A DNA stretch of 64,000 nt from an uncultured Flavobacterium sp. (GCA_964543545.1 CAZIYT010000007.1:20023-84022), one strand, 5' to 3'; positions 45,023 through 54,769 are shown, counted from the stretch's first letter. The notes: generated from the sequence alone by a model not told the origin. Program-made: numbers and translations.

Positions 45023-45203
45023 CCCGCAGATCGCGCAGATCCCGGAGATCTTTTAAATTCCGGAAGATTAGTTCGATCAGCAGGGTATCTATTATATAGT
45101 GTTTAGTATTACCTTATTTGGGGATGTCTTTCTATACACGTTGTCAACCGGCAATCCCTTATTCATATCCTTAAATTTGCGTTATCTGCGTTATCTGCGG
45201 GAA
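45023..45203. repeat. Family-2 palindromic intergenic element
   Basis: CCCGCAGATCGCGCAGAT (45023-45040) against ATCTGCGTTATCTGCGGG (45186-45203). Confidence 0.6.
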
Positions 45204-45316
45204 ATAATTGACTATCTTTGAGTTACAATCCTGTTAGTTTTTGCGTTATTTGTGCAAAAGTAAAAAAAATAATGAGAATTCTCCTCATTTATCTTGGTCA
45301 GTTCCAAAAGAGTCCA

Positions 45317-45324
45317 TATATTTG
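45317..45324 (+). promoter_or_regulatory. Bacteroidota-type -7 box (TATATTTG) upstream of rplM
   Basis: Exact TAnnTTTG, 35 nt upstream of the rplM start. Confidence 0.4.
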
Positions 45325-45359
45325 CCGCCCAAATCAGAAATAAACTAAATTATTAAGTC

Positions 45360-45818
45360 GTGGACGCATTAAGTTATAAAACAAAATTTGTCAACAAAGC
45401 CAACGCTGAGAAAGAGTGGTTATTGGTTGACGCCGAGAACGAAGTAGTAGGTCGTCTGGCCTCTAAATTAGCGTATATGATACGCGGAAAGCACAAAACA
45501 AACTACACGCCGCATAGCGATTGCGGTGCTAACATCGTTGTGATCAACGCTGAGAAAGTTCGTTTCACAGGTGCTAAAATGGATGATAAGGAATACGTAC
45601 GCTACACAGGTCACCCTGGTGGACAGCGTTTTGCTACTCCAAAAGAAATGCTGGCTAAAAAACCGGAAGAAGTGATCAAGCATGCCGTACACGGGATGTT
45701 GCCAAAAGGCCGCTTAGGAAGGGAATTAAATACAAACCTGTTTGTATTTGCAGGCGCTGAGCATGATCATGCTGCACAGCAACCGAAAAAAGTAGATTTA
45801 ACCACAATTATTGCATAA
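45360..45818 (+). CDS. rplM: 50S ribosomal protein L13
   Basis: (GTG start) DALSYKTKFVNKANAEKEWLLVDAENEVVGRLASKLAYMIRGKHKTNYTPH. Confidence 0.95.
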   Translation: MDALSYKTKFVNKANAEKEWLLVDAENEVVGRLASKLAYMIRGKHKTNYTPHSDCGANIVVINAEKVRFTGAKMDDKEYVRYTGHPGGQRFATPKEMLAKKPEEVIKHAVHGMLPKGRLGRELNTNLFVFAGAEHDHAAQQPKKVDLTTIIA

Positions 45819-45826
45819 GCTAGTAT

Positions 45827-46213
45827 ATGGAAGTCATTAACACATCAGGTCGTAGAAAATGCTCGGTAGCCCGCGCTTACGTTACCAAAGGTACAGGTAT
45901 CATTACCATCAACAAAAGAGATTACAAAGAGTATTTCAAAACTCCAACGTTACAATATTACGTCTTACAATCACTGAATAACGCGAAAGCAGCCGGTGAG
46001 TACGATGTAAAAGTAAACGTGAACGGTGGCGGAACTACAGGACAGGCTCAGGCAGTACGTCTGGCAATCGCTAAAGCCCTGGTTGAGATCAACCCTGAGT
46101 TGAAAAAAGCATTACGTGCAGAAGGTTTGGTAACACGTGATCCACGCATGGTTGAACGTAAAAAATTCGGTCAGAAAAAAGCACGTGCCCGTTTCCAATT
46201 CAGCAAACGTTAA
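45827..46213 (+). CDS. rpsI: 30S ribosomal protein S9
   Basis: ...GGGTTGQAQAVRLAIAKAL...RDPRMVERKKFGQKKARARFQFSKR. Confidence 0.95.
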   Translation: MEVINTSGRRKCSVARAYVTKGTGIITINKRDYKEYFKTPTLQYYVLQSLNNAKAAGEYDVKVNVNGGGTTGQAQAVRLAIAKALVEINPELKKALRAEGLVTRDPRMVERKKFGQKKARARFQFSKR

Positions 46214-46236
46214 TATTTATTTTAGATTATATACAC

Positions 46237-47073
46237 ATGTCAAATACATTCAACGAATTATTAGAATCAGGTGCTCACTTTGGTCACTTAAAAAGAAAGT
46301 GGAACCCAGCAATGGCGCCTTATATTTATGCTGAAAAAAACGGCATTCATATCATCGACCTTAACAAAACCGTAGCCAAGATCGACGAAGCTGCAGCAGC
46401 GTTAAAACAAATCGCCCGTTCCGGCAAAAAAGTACTTTTCGTAGCTACTAAAAAGCAGGCGAAAGACATCGTAGCCGAGAAAGTAAAAGCGATCAATATG
46501 CCTTATGTGACTGAGCGTTGGCCAGGTGGTATGTTGACAAACTTTGCAACTATCCGTAAGGCGGTTCGCAAAATGTCGCAGATCGACAAAATGGCAACTG
46601 ACGGAACTTTCGAGAATATCTCTAAAAAAGAGAAATTACAGATTTCCCGTGAGCGCGCTAAGTTAGAGATCAACTTAGGTTCTGTAGCTGACCTTACCCG
46701 CTTGCCTTCGGCTTTATTCATCGTGGATATTACCAAAGAGCACATCGCGGTAGCAGAAGCAAAACGTTTGGGGATCCCAACATTCGCCATCGTCGATACA
46801 AACTCTAACCCTAACTTCGTGGATTACGCGATCCCTGCAAATGATGACGCGTCTTCTTCTGTAGCTTATATCATCGAGTTAATGTGCAAAGCCATCAACG
46901 AAGGTTTAGGCGAGCGCAAAATGGATAAGGAAGCCGTAGCTGCTGACGAGAAAGAAGGAAAAAACTCTAAGGATGAAGCAGAAGAACTGGCAGAAGGCGT
47001 TAACGTGAAAGGCACTGAAGAAGAAGAAGGTGCACGCAAAACGGCCCGTAAAAGAACAACAGCGAAAAAATAA
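46237..47073 (+). CDS. rpsB: 30S ribosomal protein S2
   Basis: LLESGAHFGHLKRKWNPAMAPYIYAEKNGIHIIDLNKT..., with an acidic/basic C-terminal tail. Confidence 0.95.
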   Translation: MSNTFNELLESGAHFGHLKRKWNPAMAPYIYAEKNGIHIIDLNKTVAKIDEAAAALKQIARSGKKVLFVATKKQAKDIVAEKVKAINMPYVTERWPGGMLTNFATIRKAVRKMSQIDKMATDGTFENISKKEKLQISRERAKLEINLGSVADLTRLPSALFIVDITKEHIAVAEAKRLGIPTFAIVDTNSNPNFVDYAIPANDDASSSVAYIIELMCKAINEGLGERKMDKEAVAADEKEGKNSKDEAEELAEGVNVKGTEEEEGARKTARKRTTAKK

Positions 47074-47092
47074 TTTTCACTACTTGCAATTA

Positions 47093-47128
47093 ACGGCCGT
47101 TCCTTCAACAGGGAAGGCCGTTTTTTTT
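47093..47128 (+). terminator. Terminator after rpsB
   Basis: ACGGCC(G)TTCC...GGGAAGGCCGT stem followed by T8. Confidence 0.8.
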
Positions 47129-47167
47129 AAATACATAAACCAAAAACAAAATATAAAATAAGATACA

Positions 47168-47992
47168 ATGGCAATTACAGCACAAGACGTAAACAAATTA
47201 CGCCAGCAAACCGGAGCCGGTATGATGGATTGTAAAAAAGCATTAGAAGAAAATAACGGCGACTTCGAAAAAGCAGTTGACTTTTTACGCAAAAAAGGCG
47301 CTAAAGTAGCAGCTAACCGTAGCGACAGGGACGCCAAAGAAGGAGTCGTTTTAGCAAGCGTTTCCGAAGACGGAAAAACAGGATTTGTGATCAGCGTAAA
47401 CTGTGAAACAGACTTCGTTGCTAAAAATGCTGATTTTATTGCATTTGCCGAGTCAGTAGCAAAAATCGCTATGGACAGGGGTGCTAAAACCATTGACGAT
47501 ATTAAAGCTTCTCCATACAACAGCGACATCACCGTAGGTGACAAATTCATGGAGCAGGTTGGTAAAATCGGTGAGAAAATCGACATCGGTTACTACGAAG
47601 TGATCAACGCTGAGAAAGTAGTTGGTTACATTCACCCGGGCAACCGTGTATCTGTAGTCGTAGGTTTCAACCAGGTAGTTGATAACGAAGTAGGACGCAA
47701 CGTAGCGATGCAGGCAGCTGCTATGGCTCCGGTAGCCTTAGACAAAGAAGGCGTAACTCCTGAGATGCTGGAAAGAGAGCTGGAAATTGCCCGCGAGCAA
47801 ATCCGTGCTGAAGGCAAACCGGAAGATATGGTTGAGAAAATTGCACAAGGCAAGATTGCTAAATTCTATAAAGAATCTACCTTATTGAACCAGGAGTATA
47901 TTAAAGACTCTAAATTAAATGTAGCACAGTACTTACAGAGCGTTGACAAAGGCCTGACGGCTACTGCCTTCAAACGCTATTCATTATCTTAA
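47168..47992 (+). CDS. tsf: Translation elongation factor Ts
   Basis: MAITAQDVNKLRQQTGAGMMDCKKALEENNGDFEKAVDFLRKKG. Confidence 0.95.
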   Translation: MAITAQDVNKLRQQTGAGMMDCKKALEENNGDFEKAVDFLRKKGAKVAANRSDRDAKEGVVLASVSEDGKTGFVISVNCETDFVAKNADFIAFAESVAKIAMDRGAKTIDDIKASPYNSDITVGDKFMEQVGKIGEKIDIGYYEVINAEKVVGYIHPGNRVSVVVGFNQVVDNEVGRNVAMQAAAMAPVALDKEGVTPEMLERELEIAREQIRAEGKPEDMVEKIAQGKIAKFYKESTLLNQEYIKDSKLNVAQYLQSVDKGLTATAFKRYSLS

Positions 47993-47998
47993 TTTTTT

Positions 47999-48029
47999 AA
48001 AATCCCGATTTTTAATCGGGATTTTTTTT
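47999..48029 (+). terminator. Terminator after tsf
   Basis: ATCCCGATT-TTT-AATCGGGAT stem followed by T8. Confidence 0.85.
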
Positions 48030-48078
48030 GATCAAAAAGACAATTGTACCGTAGAATTTTATTGCAATCAGTGATACC

Positions 48079-48498
48079 ATGAAACAAATCATCCTTATCC
48101 TGGCCCTGAGCCTATGTGCCCTTGCCCTCAGGGCGCAGACCATCAAAATGAAAGATAAATGGGGAGAAGCCGTTTATTATCAGGAGGGCAATGTACTGAA
48201 AGTAAAAGACAAGTGGGGCGAAGCCCTCTACTATTTTGACGGTAAAACGGTGAAGCATAAGGATAAATGGGGTGATGCGCTCTACCTGGTGACAGAAACC
48301 GACGTCAAGGCGAAGGATAGGTGGGGAGAAGCCTTGTATTATTTCGACGGGAAGACCGTGAAGCATAAGGACAAATGGGGCGATGCCGCTTACTACCTGG
48401 ATGGCAATACCCTGAAGGTAAAAGATAAATGGGGAGAGGCGGTTTACTATTTTGAAGGTATCCCTCAAAAATGGGTGATCGCCTGTTTAATTAATTAG
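48079..48498 (+). CDS. Secreted protein made of six 18-aa K.KDKWGEA.YY..G... repeats
   Basis: Signal peptide MKQIILILALSLCALALRAQ followed by KMKDKWGEAVYYQEGNVL, KVKDKWGEALYYFDGKTV, KHKDKWGDALYLVTETDV, KAKDRWGEALYYFDGKTV, KHKDKWGDAAYYLDGNTL, KVKDKWGEAVYYFEG. Confidence 0.6.
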   Translation: MKQIILILALSLCALALRAQTIKMKDKWGEAVYYQEGNVLKVKDKWGEALYYFDGKTVKHKDKWGDALYLVTETDVKAKDRWGEALYYFDGKTVKHKDKWGDAAYYLDGNTLKVKDKWGEAVYYFEGIPQKWVIACLIN

Positions 48499-48507
48499 AA
48501 CGAATAA

Positions 48508-49254
<747 letters not shown>

Positions 49255-49336
49255 ACGTAAACGGTAAAGGTGGCTTCGGGAGTCTCAGCCACAGGTTCTG
49301 TTCAGCCACCGGTTTAGCCACTTAGTATCCATTCGT

Positions 49337-49360
49337 TGACTGAGCGTAGTCGAAGGCAAC
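49337..49360. repeat. 24-nt exact repeat TGACTGAGCGTAGTCGAAGGCAAC
   Basis: Identical to 54638-54661. A related reversed copy (GCTTCGACTGCGTTCAGCC) lies near 49652. Confidence 0.8.
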
Positions 49361-49377
49361 GAAAGACAAAACACGAC

Positions 49378-49411
49378 AAAAAATGCCGGAATACATTCCG
49401 GCATTTTTTTT
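49378..49411 (+). terminator. Terminator after pyrH
   Basis: AATGCCGGAAT/ATTCCGGCATT stem followed by T8. Confidence 0.85.
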
Positions 49412-49443
49412 GTAACTTTAAGAGTACCTAACGTTATAACATT

Positions 49444-49578
49444 ATGAAAGCGGCCAGATACCTTTCTTTAGCCATCATTGCTTTGCTGATCGCAGGATTT
49501 ATTTGCTCCTGCAAGACACACCGCGATTGCCGTGGCAAAAAGAAACGCGCTAAAACAGAAATGGGAGGCTGGCTGTAA
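49444..49578 (+). CDS. Candidate 44-aa lipoprotein-like peptide
   Basis: Hand-translated MKAARYLSLAIIALLIAGFICSCKTHRDCRGKKKRAKTEMGGWL. Lies between the pyrH terminator and its own strong terminator. Confidence 0.4.
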   Translation: MKAARYLSLAIIALLIAGFICSCKTHRDCRGKKKRAKTEMGGWL

Positions 49579-49606
49579 GATTCATATATAGAGTGGTTAA
49601 AGGATG

Positions 49607-49637
49607 ATCCGCTGCCGGGAGGCAGCGGATTTTTTTA
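49607..49637 (+). terminator. Terminator after the 44-aa ORF
   Basis: 10-bp stem ATCCGCTGCC/GGCAGCGGAT with GGGA loop, followed by T7. Confidence 0.85.
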
Positions 49638-49731
49638 TGGAGGTTCCGGGGCTTCGACTGCGTTCAGCCGCCGGCCTCTGCCTGGCTGGCTTAAGCGGAG
49701 ACTGCGCTCAGCCGAAGTCTCCGGAGGTGCC

Positions 49732-49825
49732 GCGCCAGGGATGCTGCGGCCTGTTTGAGCTCCTTGGTTTGTCCCGCAGGGCAAATCAAGAGCGAGCCGC
49801 AGCAGCCCGCCCGGGCGCCCAAAAA
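49732..49825 (+). repeat. Family-1 unit (forward orientation, variant homologous to the reverse units)
   Basis: GCGCCAGGGATGCTGCGGCCTGTTTGAGCTCCTTGGTTTGTCCCGCAGGGCAAATCAAGAGCGAGCCGCAGCAGCCCGCCCGGGCGCCCAAAAA aligns with the reverse complement of 43988-44080. Confidence 0.75.
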
Positions 49826-49964
49826 TACATAGTAGGAGTCAGTGATCCGTTACGGGCATAGCTGTGGCCCATCACGTTTTAATCCCGCTTTTATTTGAGT
49901 AAGACCTGTATTTTAAGCCATAAATAATTATTACATTAGCACATCAAAAAACAAGATACTCTTT

Positions 49965-51038
49965 ATGGCAAAAGTTCATAATTTCAGCGCCGGTCCCGGC
50001 ATCTTACCTCCCGACGTATTAAAGCAAGCATCAGAAGCCTGCCTCAATTTCGATAACATGAACCTCTCCCTGCTGGAGATTTCTCACCGCAGCAAGAACT
50101 ATGTGAAAGTGATGGATGAAGCCCGCGCCCTCATCAAGGAATTATTTGAAGTAGGCGATGAGTATGAGGTGATGTACCTGGGAGGCGGCGCCAGCACACA
50201 GTTTGCCATGGTTCCCTATAATCTCCTGACGGAGAGCGGCTACGCAGCGTATGTGAACACCGGCGTGTGGGCCAGCAAAGCCATCAAGGAAGCAAAGATC
50301 GTTGGTAACACCAAAGTGATCGCCTCTTCCGAAGACAAAAATTTTACCTATATCCCGAAAGGCTATGAAGTGCCGAAGGATGCGGATTACCTGCACGTAA
50401 CCTCCAACAATACCATCTACGGAACGCAAATGAAAAGCTTCCCGAAATGCGATATTCCCTTGGTGTGCGACATGAGCTCCGACCTCTTCAGCCGGAAAGT
50501 GAATGCGAAAGATTTCTCACTCATCTACGCGGGAGCACAGAAAAACATTGGCCCTGCAGGCAGCACCATGGTGATGGTGAAAAAAGACATCTTAGGCAAA
50601 ACAGGCCGCAAGATGCTGTCCATGCTCGATTACCAGGTACACATCAAAGGCGAGTCGATGTACAACACACCGCCTGTATTCCCGGTATATGTTACCATGC
50701 TTACCCTGCGCTGGCTGAAAGAAAACGGCGGCATTGCCTGGGTAGAAAAACTCAACCAGCAAAAGGCCGATCTGCTGTACGGCGAGATCGACCGCAACTC
50801 CCAGTTCGTGGGCACAGTGGTAAAAGAAGACCGCAGTCATATGAACGTTTGCTTCCTGCTGAACGAGCCTGAGAAAGGCGCCGAGTTCGACAAGCTGTGG
50901 AAAGGAGCCGGCATCGACGGCATCGTTGGACACAGGGATGTTGGCGGCTACAGGGCTTCCATCTACAATGCCATGCCGCTGGAAAGCGTACAGGCTTTGG
51001 TAGACGTGATGAAAGCATTTGAACAAAAATTCGCCTAG
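49965..51038 (+). CDS. serC: Phosphoserine aminotransferase
   Basis: HNFSAGPGILPPDVLKQASEA...ISHRSK...GGGASTQFAMVPYNLL...YAGAQKNIGPAG...GHRDVGGYRASIYNAMP. Confidence 0.95.
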   Translation: MAKVHNFSAGPGILPPDVLKQASEACLNFDNMNLSLLEISHRSKNYVKVMDEARALIKELFEVGDEYEVMYLGGGASTQFAMVPYNLLTESGYAAYVNTGVWASKAIKEAKIVGNTKVIASSEDKNFTYIPKGYEVPKDADYLHVTSNNTIYGTQMKSFPKCDIPLVCDMSSDLFSRKVNAKDFSLIYAGAQKNIGPAGSTMVMVKKDILGKTGRKMLSMLDYQVHIKGESMYNTPPVFPVYVTMLTLRWLKENGGIAWVEKLNQQKADLLYGEIDRNSQFVGTVVKEDRSHMNVCFLLNEPEKGAEFDKLWKGAGIDGIVGHRDVGGYRASIYNAMPLESVQALVDVMKAFEQKFA

Positions 51039-51082
51039 TCGGGCGACAGGCAATAATAAACACACCCCTTCGTTTTAAACTT

Positions 51083-51787
51083 ATGAGAAAATATGTTTTC
51101 TATTTAGTGCTGTGTTTGTGTGCTAAGGGAGTATCTGCCCAGGAAGAAGGACCTACCAGAGGCCCGGATCTTCCGAAGGTAGCGGTGAGAGCAAACCTGG
51201 GGATTCCCAAGATTGTGTCGAGCCAGAAATACCGCAACTCTTTTTCAGGCGTATTTTCCGGAGAGATCGGGATCAGCTATAAGCTGGTAGAGAATTATTT
51301 TTTCGGAGTAGGCTATAACTACAATTACTTTAAAGCCCAGCGTTATTTCCGGGAGAACGTGAGCCCCCGCATCAATGCCAGCATGCAGATGCACGGCGGC
51401 TTTCTGAAACTCGGCCACGATCATTTTTTTAAGTCCAACGCCTTTACCACCGTTTCCTTAAACATAGGCTATCAGTCCGGGAAGTATTACGGCCTACAGT
51501 ATCCACCAAGAGACAGCATCCGTGCGCCTTATGTGGCGCAGTTCGGCAATGTTTATTTCGAGCCGATGGTAGGCGTTTATTTTATCGTGGATCCCAACTT
51601 TGCCTTTGGCGCGCATTTATCCTATAGCTACAATACGCAGGTGTTCAGCGCGGAAGATATCGGTTTCGACAAGTTTGGATTCGGCTCCACACCCAGCGAG
51701 AAAGGATATAATGCCCTGGGCAACAAATGGGGCATGAGCATGATCACGCTCGGCTTCGGCTTCTACTACGGCTTCCAGCGGAAGTAA
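51083..51787 (+). CDS. Hypothetical outer-membrane beta-barrel protein
   Basis: Signal peptide, alternating aromatic/G beta-strand pattern, terminal ...GFGFYYGFQRK. Followed by a terminator. Confidence 0.5.
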   Translation: MRKYVFYLVLCLCAKGVSAQEEGPTRGPDLPKVAVRANLGIPKIVSSQKYRNSFSGVFSGEIGISYKLVENYFFGVGYNYNYFKAQRYFRENVSPRINASMQMHGGFLKLGHDHFFKSNAFTTVSLNIGYQSGKYYGLQYPPRDSIRAPYVAQFGNVYFEPMVGVYFIVDPNFAFGAHLSYSYNTQVFSAEDIGFDKFGFGSTPSEKGYNALGNKWGMSMITLGFGFYYGFQRK

Positions 51788-51848
51788 GCCATGAAACAGG
51801 GAAGAATGAAACTCCTGCTCTGTTTCGGCGTATAAGCTAAAGAATGAC

Positions 51849-51873
51849 CCGGTCTCCCCGACCGGTTTTTTTT
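51849..51873 (+). terminator. Terminator after the 51083..51787 gene
   Basis: CCGGTC/GACCGG stem followed by T8. Confidence 0.7.
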
Positions 51874-51969
51874 GAATAGGCTTGACCTGAAACTCAGGCA
51901 CTCCGCTCACTGTCTCCCTGGCTTGCATTTAAACGACATCCCTGAACTCGTATAAAAAAAACAAAGAAG

Positions 51970-53265
51970 ATGAGAAAACTATTTATCCTGCTTTTGGTGG
52001 TATTGCTTAGTCCCGGGATTTTTTCCCAGAACAGCCCTTTCTCTCTCTCGGGAAAAGTCCTTGACGCCGACACCAGAATGCCCCTCAGAAATGTCAGCAT
52101 TAGCATCAAAGGCACTCTGAGCGGCACCCTGAGCGACAGCACCGGGGCCTTTGATTTGCAGGTTCCGGTCGGCTCCGTGACGCTTTATGTTTCGATGCTG
52201 GGTTATGAGAAAAAATCGGTCAGGCTTACCAAAGAGAACAAGAACGAATTACTGATTGAGCTGACACGGAAAACAGACATGCTTGAGGAAGTGGTCATCA
52301 ATGCCGATCCCGTACAGGTGGTGAGCAAAAGCAAACGCTACCATGTCCTGGATTACGATTTTTATGGCAGCAATATCCTGATGATTACCTACGTGGATCT
52401 CGATAAGTCGAGGCTTGTTCTGCTCGATCAGAAAAACGATACGCTCGGCTTCCGGAAAATTCCCGGCGAGCCCAACCGCATGTTCCGGGATTGCCTCGGG
52501 AACCTCCATGTGGTGTGTAAAGACAGCATTTACCAGGCCTTTTATAACGGCAGCGCCTTAAGCCTGCTTCCTGCAAAAAGCATCGGTGATTTTGAAAAGA
52601 TTCTTTTGCCTTGCGTGGCACAGGATTCCTCCGGCTTTTACCTGGTGGAGAAGTATGGCGGCGGCCAGATGATTGAAGTAGGTATTGGCGCGCCGGTGCG
52701 GGCAAATGACCTGGCCTTGAGCTATACGCGCATCGACAAGAAGAAGCGTGAGCGGAAGCGTTTCATCGTGATCGCCGATGAGCATAAGATGATCATGAGC
52801 CAGGATGAAGTGGCCTTCGAAGCCAGGAAAGAAGCAGTAGGATTGAAAACATTCGGTGACAGGTTATTTGCCGAAAAATTTCTGTTTACAGAGCTCTATG
52901 CGCCCCTCTTCCATATCAAAGACAATCTCTATATTTTTGATTATGTAAACGGGAACATCAAGCATTTTGACAAAGCCCTCCGGCTTACAGGGGAAGTGCC
53001 TGTTTCCTATCATAAAACCCTCAGCTTCCAGGAAGACATGGAAGTAGATGCTGTTTCCGGGAAAACCTTTGCCCTGTTTGAGTCCGGCGGTATCAGCGAG
53101 CTTAAGGAAATCAACCTGCAAAGCGGGGCGGTCAGGAAATCGTACCGGATCCCTTTTCCTTTTACCACGCACATAAAAGTATATGACGGCTATGTCTATT
53201 TTATCCGGAAAGAAAAAGGCGATGATGGAACGCGTTACTTGTCGCGGATGAGGCTGGATGAATGA
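51970..53265 (+). CDS. CarboxypepD_reg-like domain protein, remainder uncharacterised
   Basis: LSGKVLDADTRMPLRNVSISIKGTLSGTLSDSTGAFDLQVPVGSVTLYVSMLGYEKKSV. Confidence 0.6.
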   Translation: MRKLFILLLVVLLSPGIFSQNSPFSLSGKVLDADTRMPLRNVSISIKGTLSGTLSDSTGAFDLQVPVGSVTLYVSMLGYEKKSVRLTKENKNELLIELTRKTDMLEEVVINADPVQVVSKSKRYHVLDYDFYGSNILMITYVDLDKSRLVLLDQKNDTLGFRKIPGEPNRMFRDCLGNLHVVCKDSIYQAFYNGSALSLLPAKSIGDFEKILLPCVAQDSSGFYLVEKYGGGQMIEVGIGAPVRANDLALSYTRIDKKKRERKRFIVIADEHKMIMSQDEVAFEARKEAVGLKTFGDRLFAEKFLFTELYAPLFHIKDNLYIFDYVNGNIKHFDKALRLTGEVPVSYHKTLSFQEDMEVDAVSGKTFALFESGGISELKEINLQSGAVRKSYRIPFPFTTHIKVYDGYVYFIRKEKGDDGTRYLSRMRLDE

Positions 53266-53277
53266 GCTTAGCTTTAC

Positions 53278-54519
53278 TTATTCGAACCGCAGGCTCTCGA
53301 TCGGATCGAGCTGGGAAGCCCGTTTGGCCGGCAGGTAGCCGCTGATGAGGCCTACTACCAGGCAAACCACAAAGCCGACAATGATCCAGAACCAGGGCAT
53401 GAAAAATTCGGAGCTGAGGTTATAGGAGATCAGGTTTGCCGTAATGATGCCCATCAGGATGCCGAAGAATCCGCCAAACACACAGATGACAATGCTCTCG
53501 ATCAGGAACTGATTTTTGATAATGGCAGAGGTAGCGCCTAAGGCTTTGCGGATGCCTATCTCCCTGGTGCGTTCGGTTACCGATACCAGCATGATGTTCA
53601 TTAAGCCGATCGAAGCGCCGATGAGTGTGATGATGCCGATGATGATGGCGCCCGTGGATGCTTTGCTGGTGAGGCCGATGAGCATATTGGCGAGGTTATC
53701 CGCTTTGGTGATCTCGAAGCTGTCTTCCTCACCCAAAGGAACACCCCTTATTTTCCGGAACAGGCCCGTTGCCTCGCCCAGGGCCAGGTTCAGCCATTGG
53801 GTATTTTTTGCCAGCACGCTGATGGTAAAGCTCATGTCCTGCGTGCCGTAATATTGCCGGGCCGTAGTCAGCGGAATGATGCATACCTTATCGCCCCCGA
53901 AGCCCATGCTGTTGCCTTTGCTGGCGAGAATGCCGATCACGCGGTACTTCCCGTTGTTGATGGTGATGGTTTTATCGAGCGCGCTTTGTTTCTTTTTAAA
54001 AAGGTCCGTTTCCACATCCTTCCCGATTATCACCAGGTGCGTGCCCCCCACAATTTCCTGGGGTGAAAAATTACGGCCGCTCTCCAGCTCGTAGCCGCTG
54101 GTGGCCAGGTAATTTTCGTCGCCGCCAAAGAGCTGGATGTTCGGGTTGGTTTTTTCCGATCCGTATTTGATCCGCGCGGCAAAAGAAGCCATCGTAGAAA
54201 CGGCCGTAGTTACCGGGAAATTAAATTCCTCTTTGAAGCGCATGGCCTCCTTGTAAGAAATGGAGGGATGCTTTTTCGACCGCTTGCCGTGCCTGCCCAG
54301 TTTCACACTGGTTTCCTTGTTGCGGATGGTGAAAGAGTTGGCACCCATGCTGGTGAAGTTGCTGTTGATGGAGGCTTTCATGGCGTCAATCGCCGAAGAG
54401 ATGCCCACGAGGGCAGTGATCCCGAAAAAAATAATGAGCATCGTCAGAAAAGCGCGGAGCTTGTTTCCTTTGATGGAATCGGTAGCCACCCTGATATTTT
54501 CGTTCAGCAGAAATGCCAT
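53278..54519 (-). CDS. ABC transporter permease (MacB/FtsX-like)
   Basis: N-terminal TM segment, large periplasmic domain, C-terminal FtsX-type module ...ERTREIGIRKALGA... Confidence 0.85.
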   Translation of the reverse strand: MAFLLNENIRVATDSIKGNKLRAFLTMLIIFFGITALVGISSAIDAMKASINSNFTSMGANSFTIRNKETSVKLGRHGKRSKKHPSISYKEAMRFKEEFNFPVTTAVSTMASFAARIKYGSEKTNPNIQLFGGDENYLATSGYELESGRNFSPQEIVGGTHLVIIGKDVETDLFKKKQSALDKTITINNGKYRVIGILASKGNSMGFGGDKVCIIPLTTARQYYGTQDMSFTISVLAKNTQWLNLALGEATGLFRKIRGVPLGEEDSFEITKADNLANMLIGLTSKASTGAIIIGIITLIGASIGLMNIMLVSVTERTREIGIRKALGATSAIIKNQFLIESIVICVFGGFFGILMGIITANLISYNLSSEFFMPWFWIIVGFVVCLVVGLISGYLPAKRASQLDPIESLRFE

Positions 54520-54570
54520 GAAGTAAAAGTAAGGATAAGAATTCAGATTAGGGAAGATTTTATAGAACCA

Positions 54571-54768
54571 ATGGAACGCAGATGACGCGGATCAGGCGGA
54601 TCAGAACAAAGATTAGAACACATTAGGATGGAGCCGGTGACTGAGCGTAGTCGAAGGCAACCGGAACGGAACGCAGAGGACGCGGATAGGACGATCAGAA
54701 CTATCCGTACAGTGTTCTATTGTCCTTAATCTTAGAAATCATAAGCATCTGCGTCCTCTGCGTTCCAT
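54571..54768. repeat. Family-2 palindromic intergenic element (contains the 24-nt exact repeat at 54638-54661)
   Basis: 12-bp perfect terminal inverted repeat ATGGAACGCAGA/TCTGCGTTCCAT. Internal GGAACGCAGAGGACGCGGAT repeats the left arm. Confidence 0.7.
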
Positions 54769-54769
54769 T

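Noticed and set aside
44354-45106. 250-aa plus-strand ORF
   Set aside because: It is antisense to 44372-45004. The plus-strand product is Leu/Val/Ala/His/Glu-rich and shadow-like, whereas the minus-strand product has normal composition.
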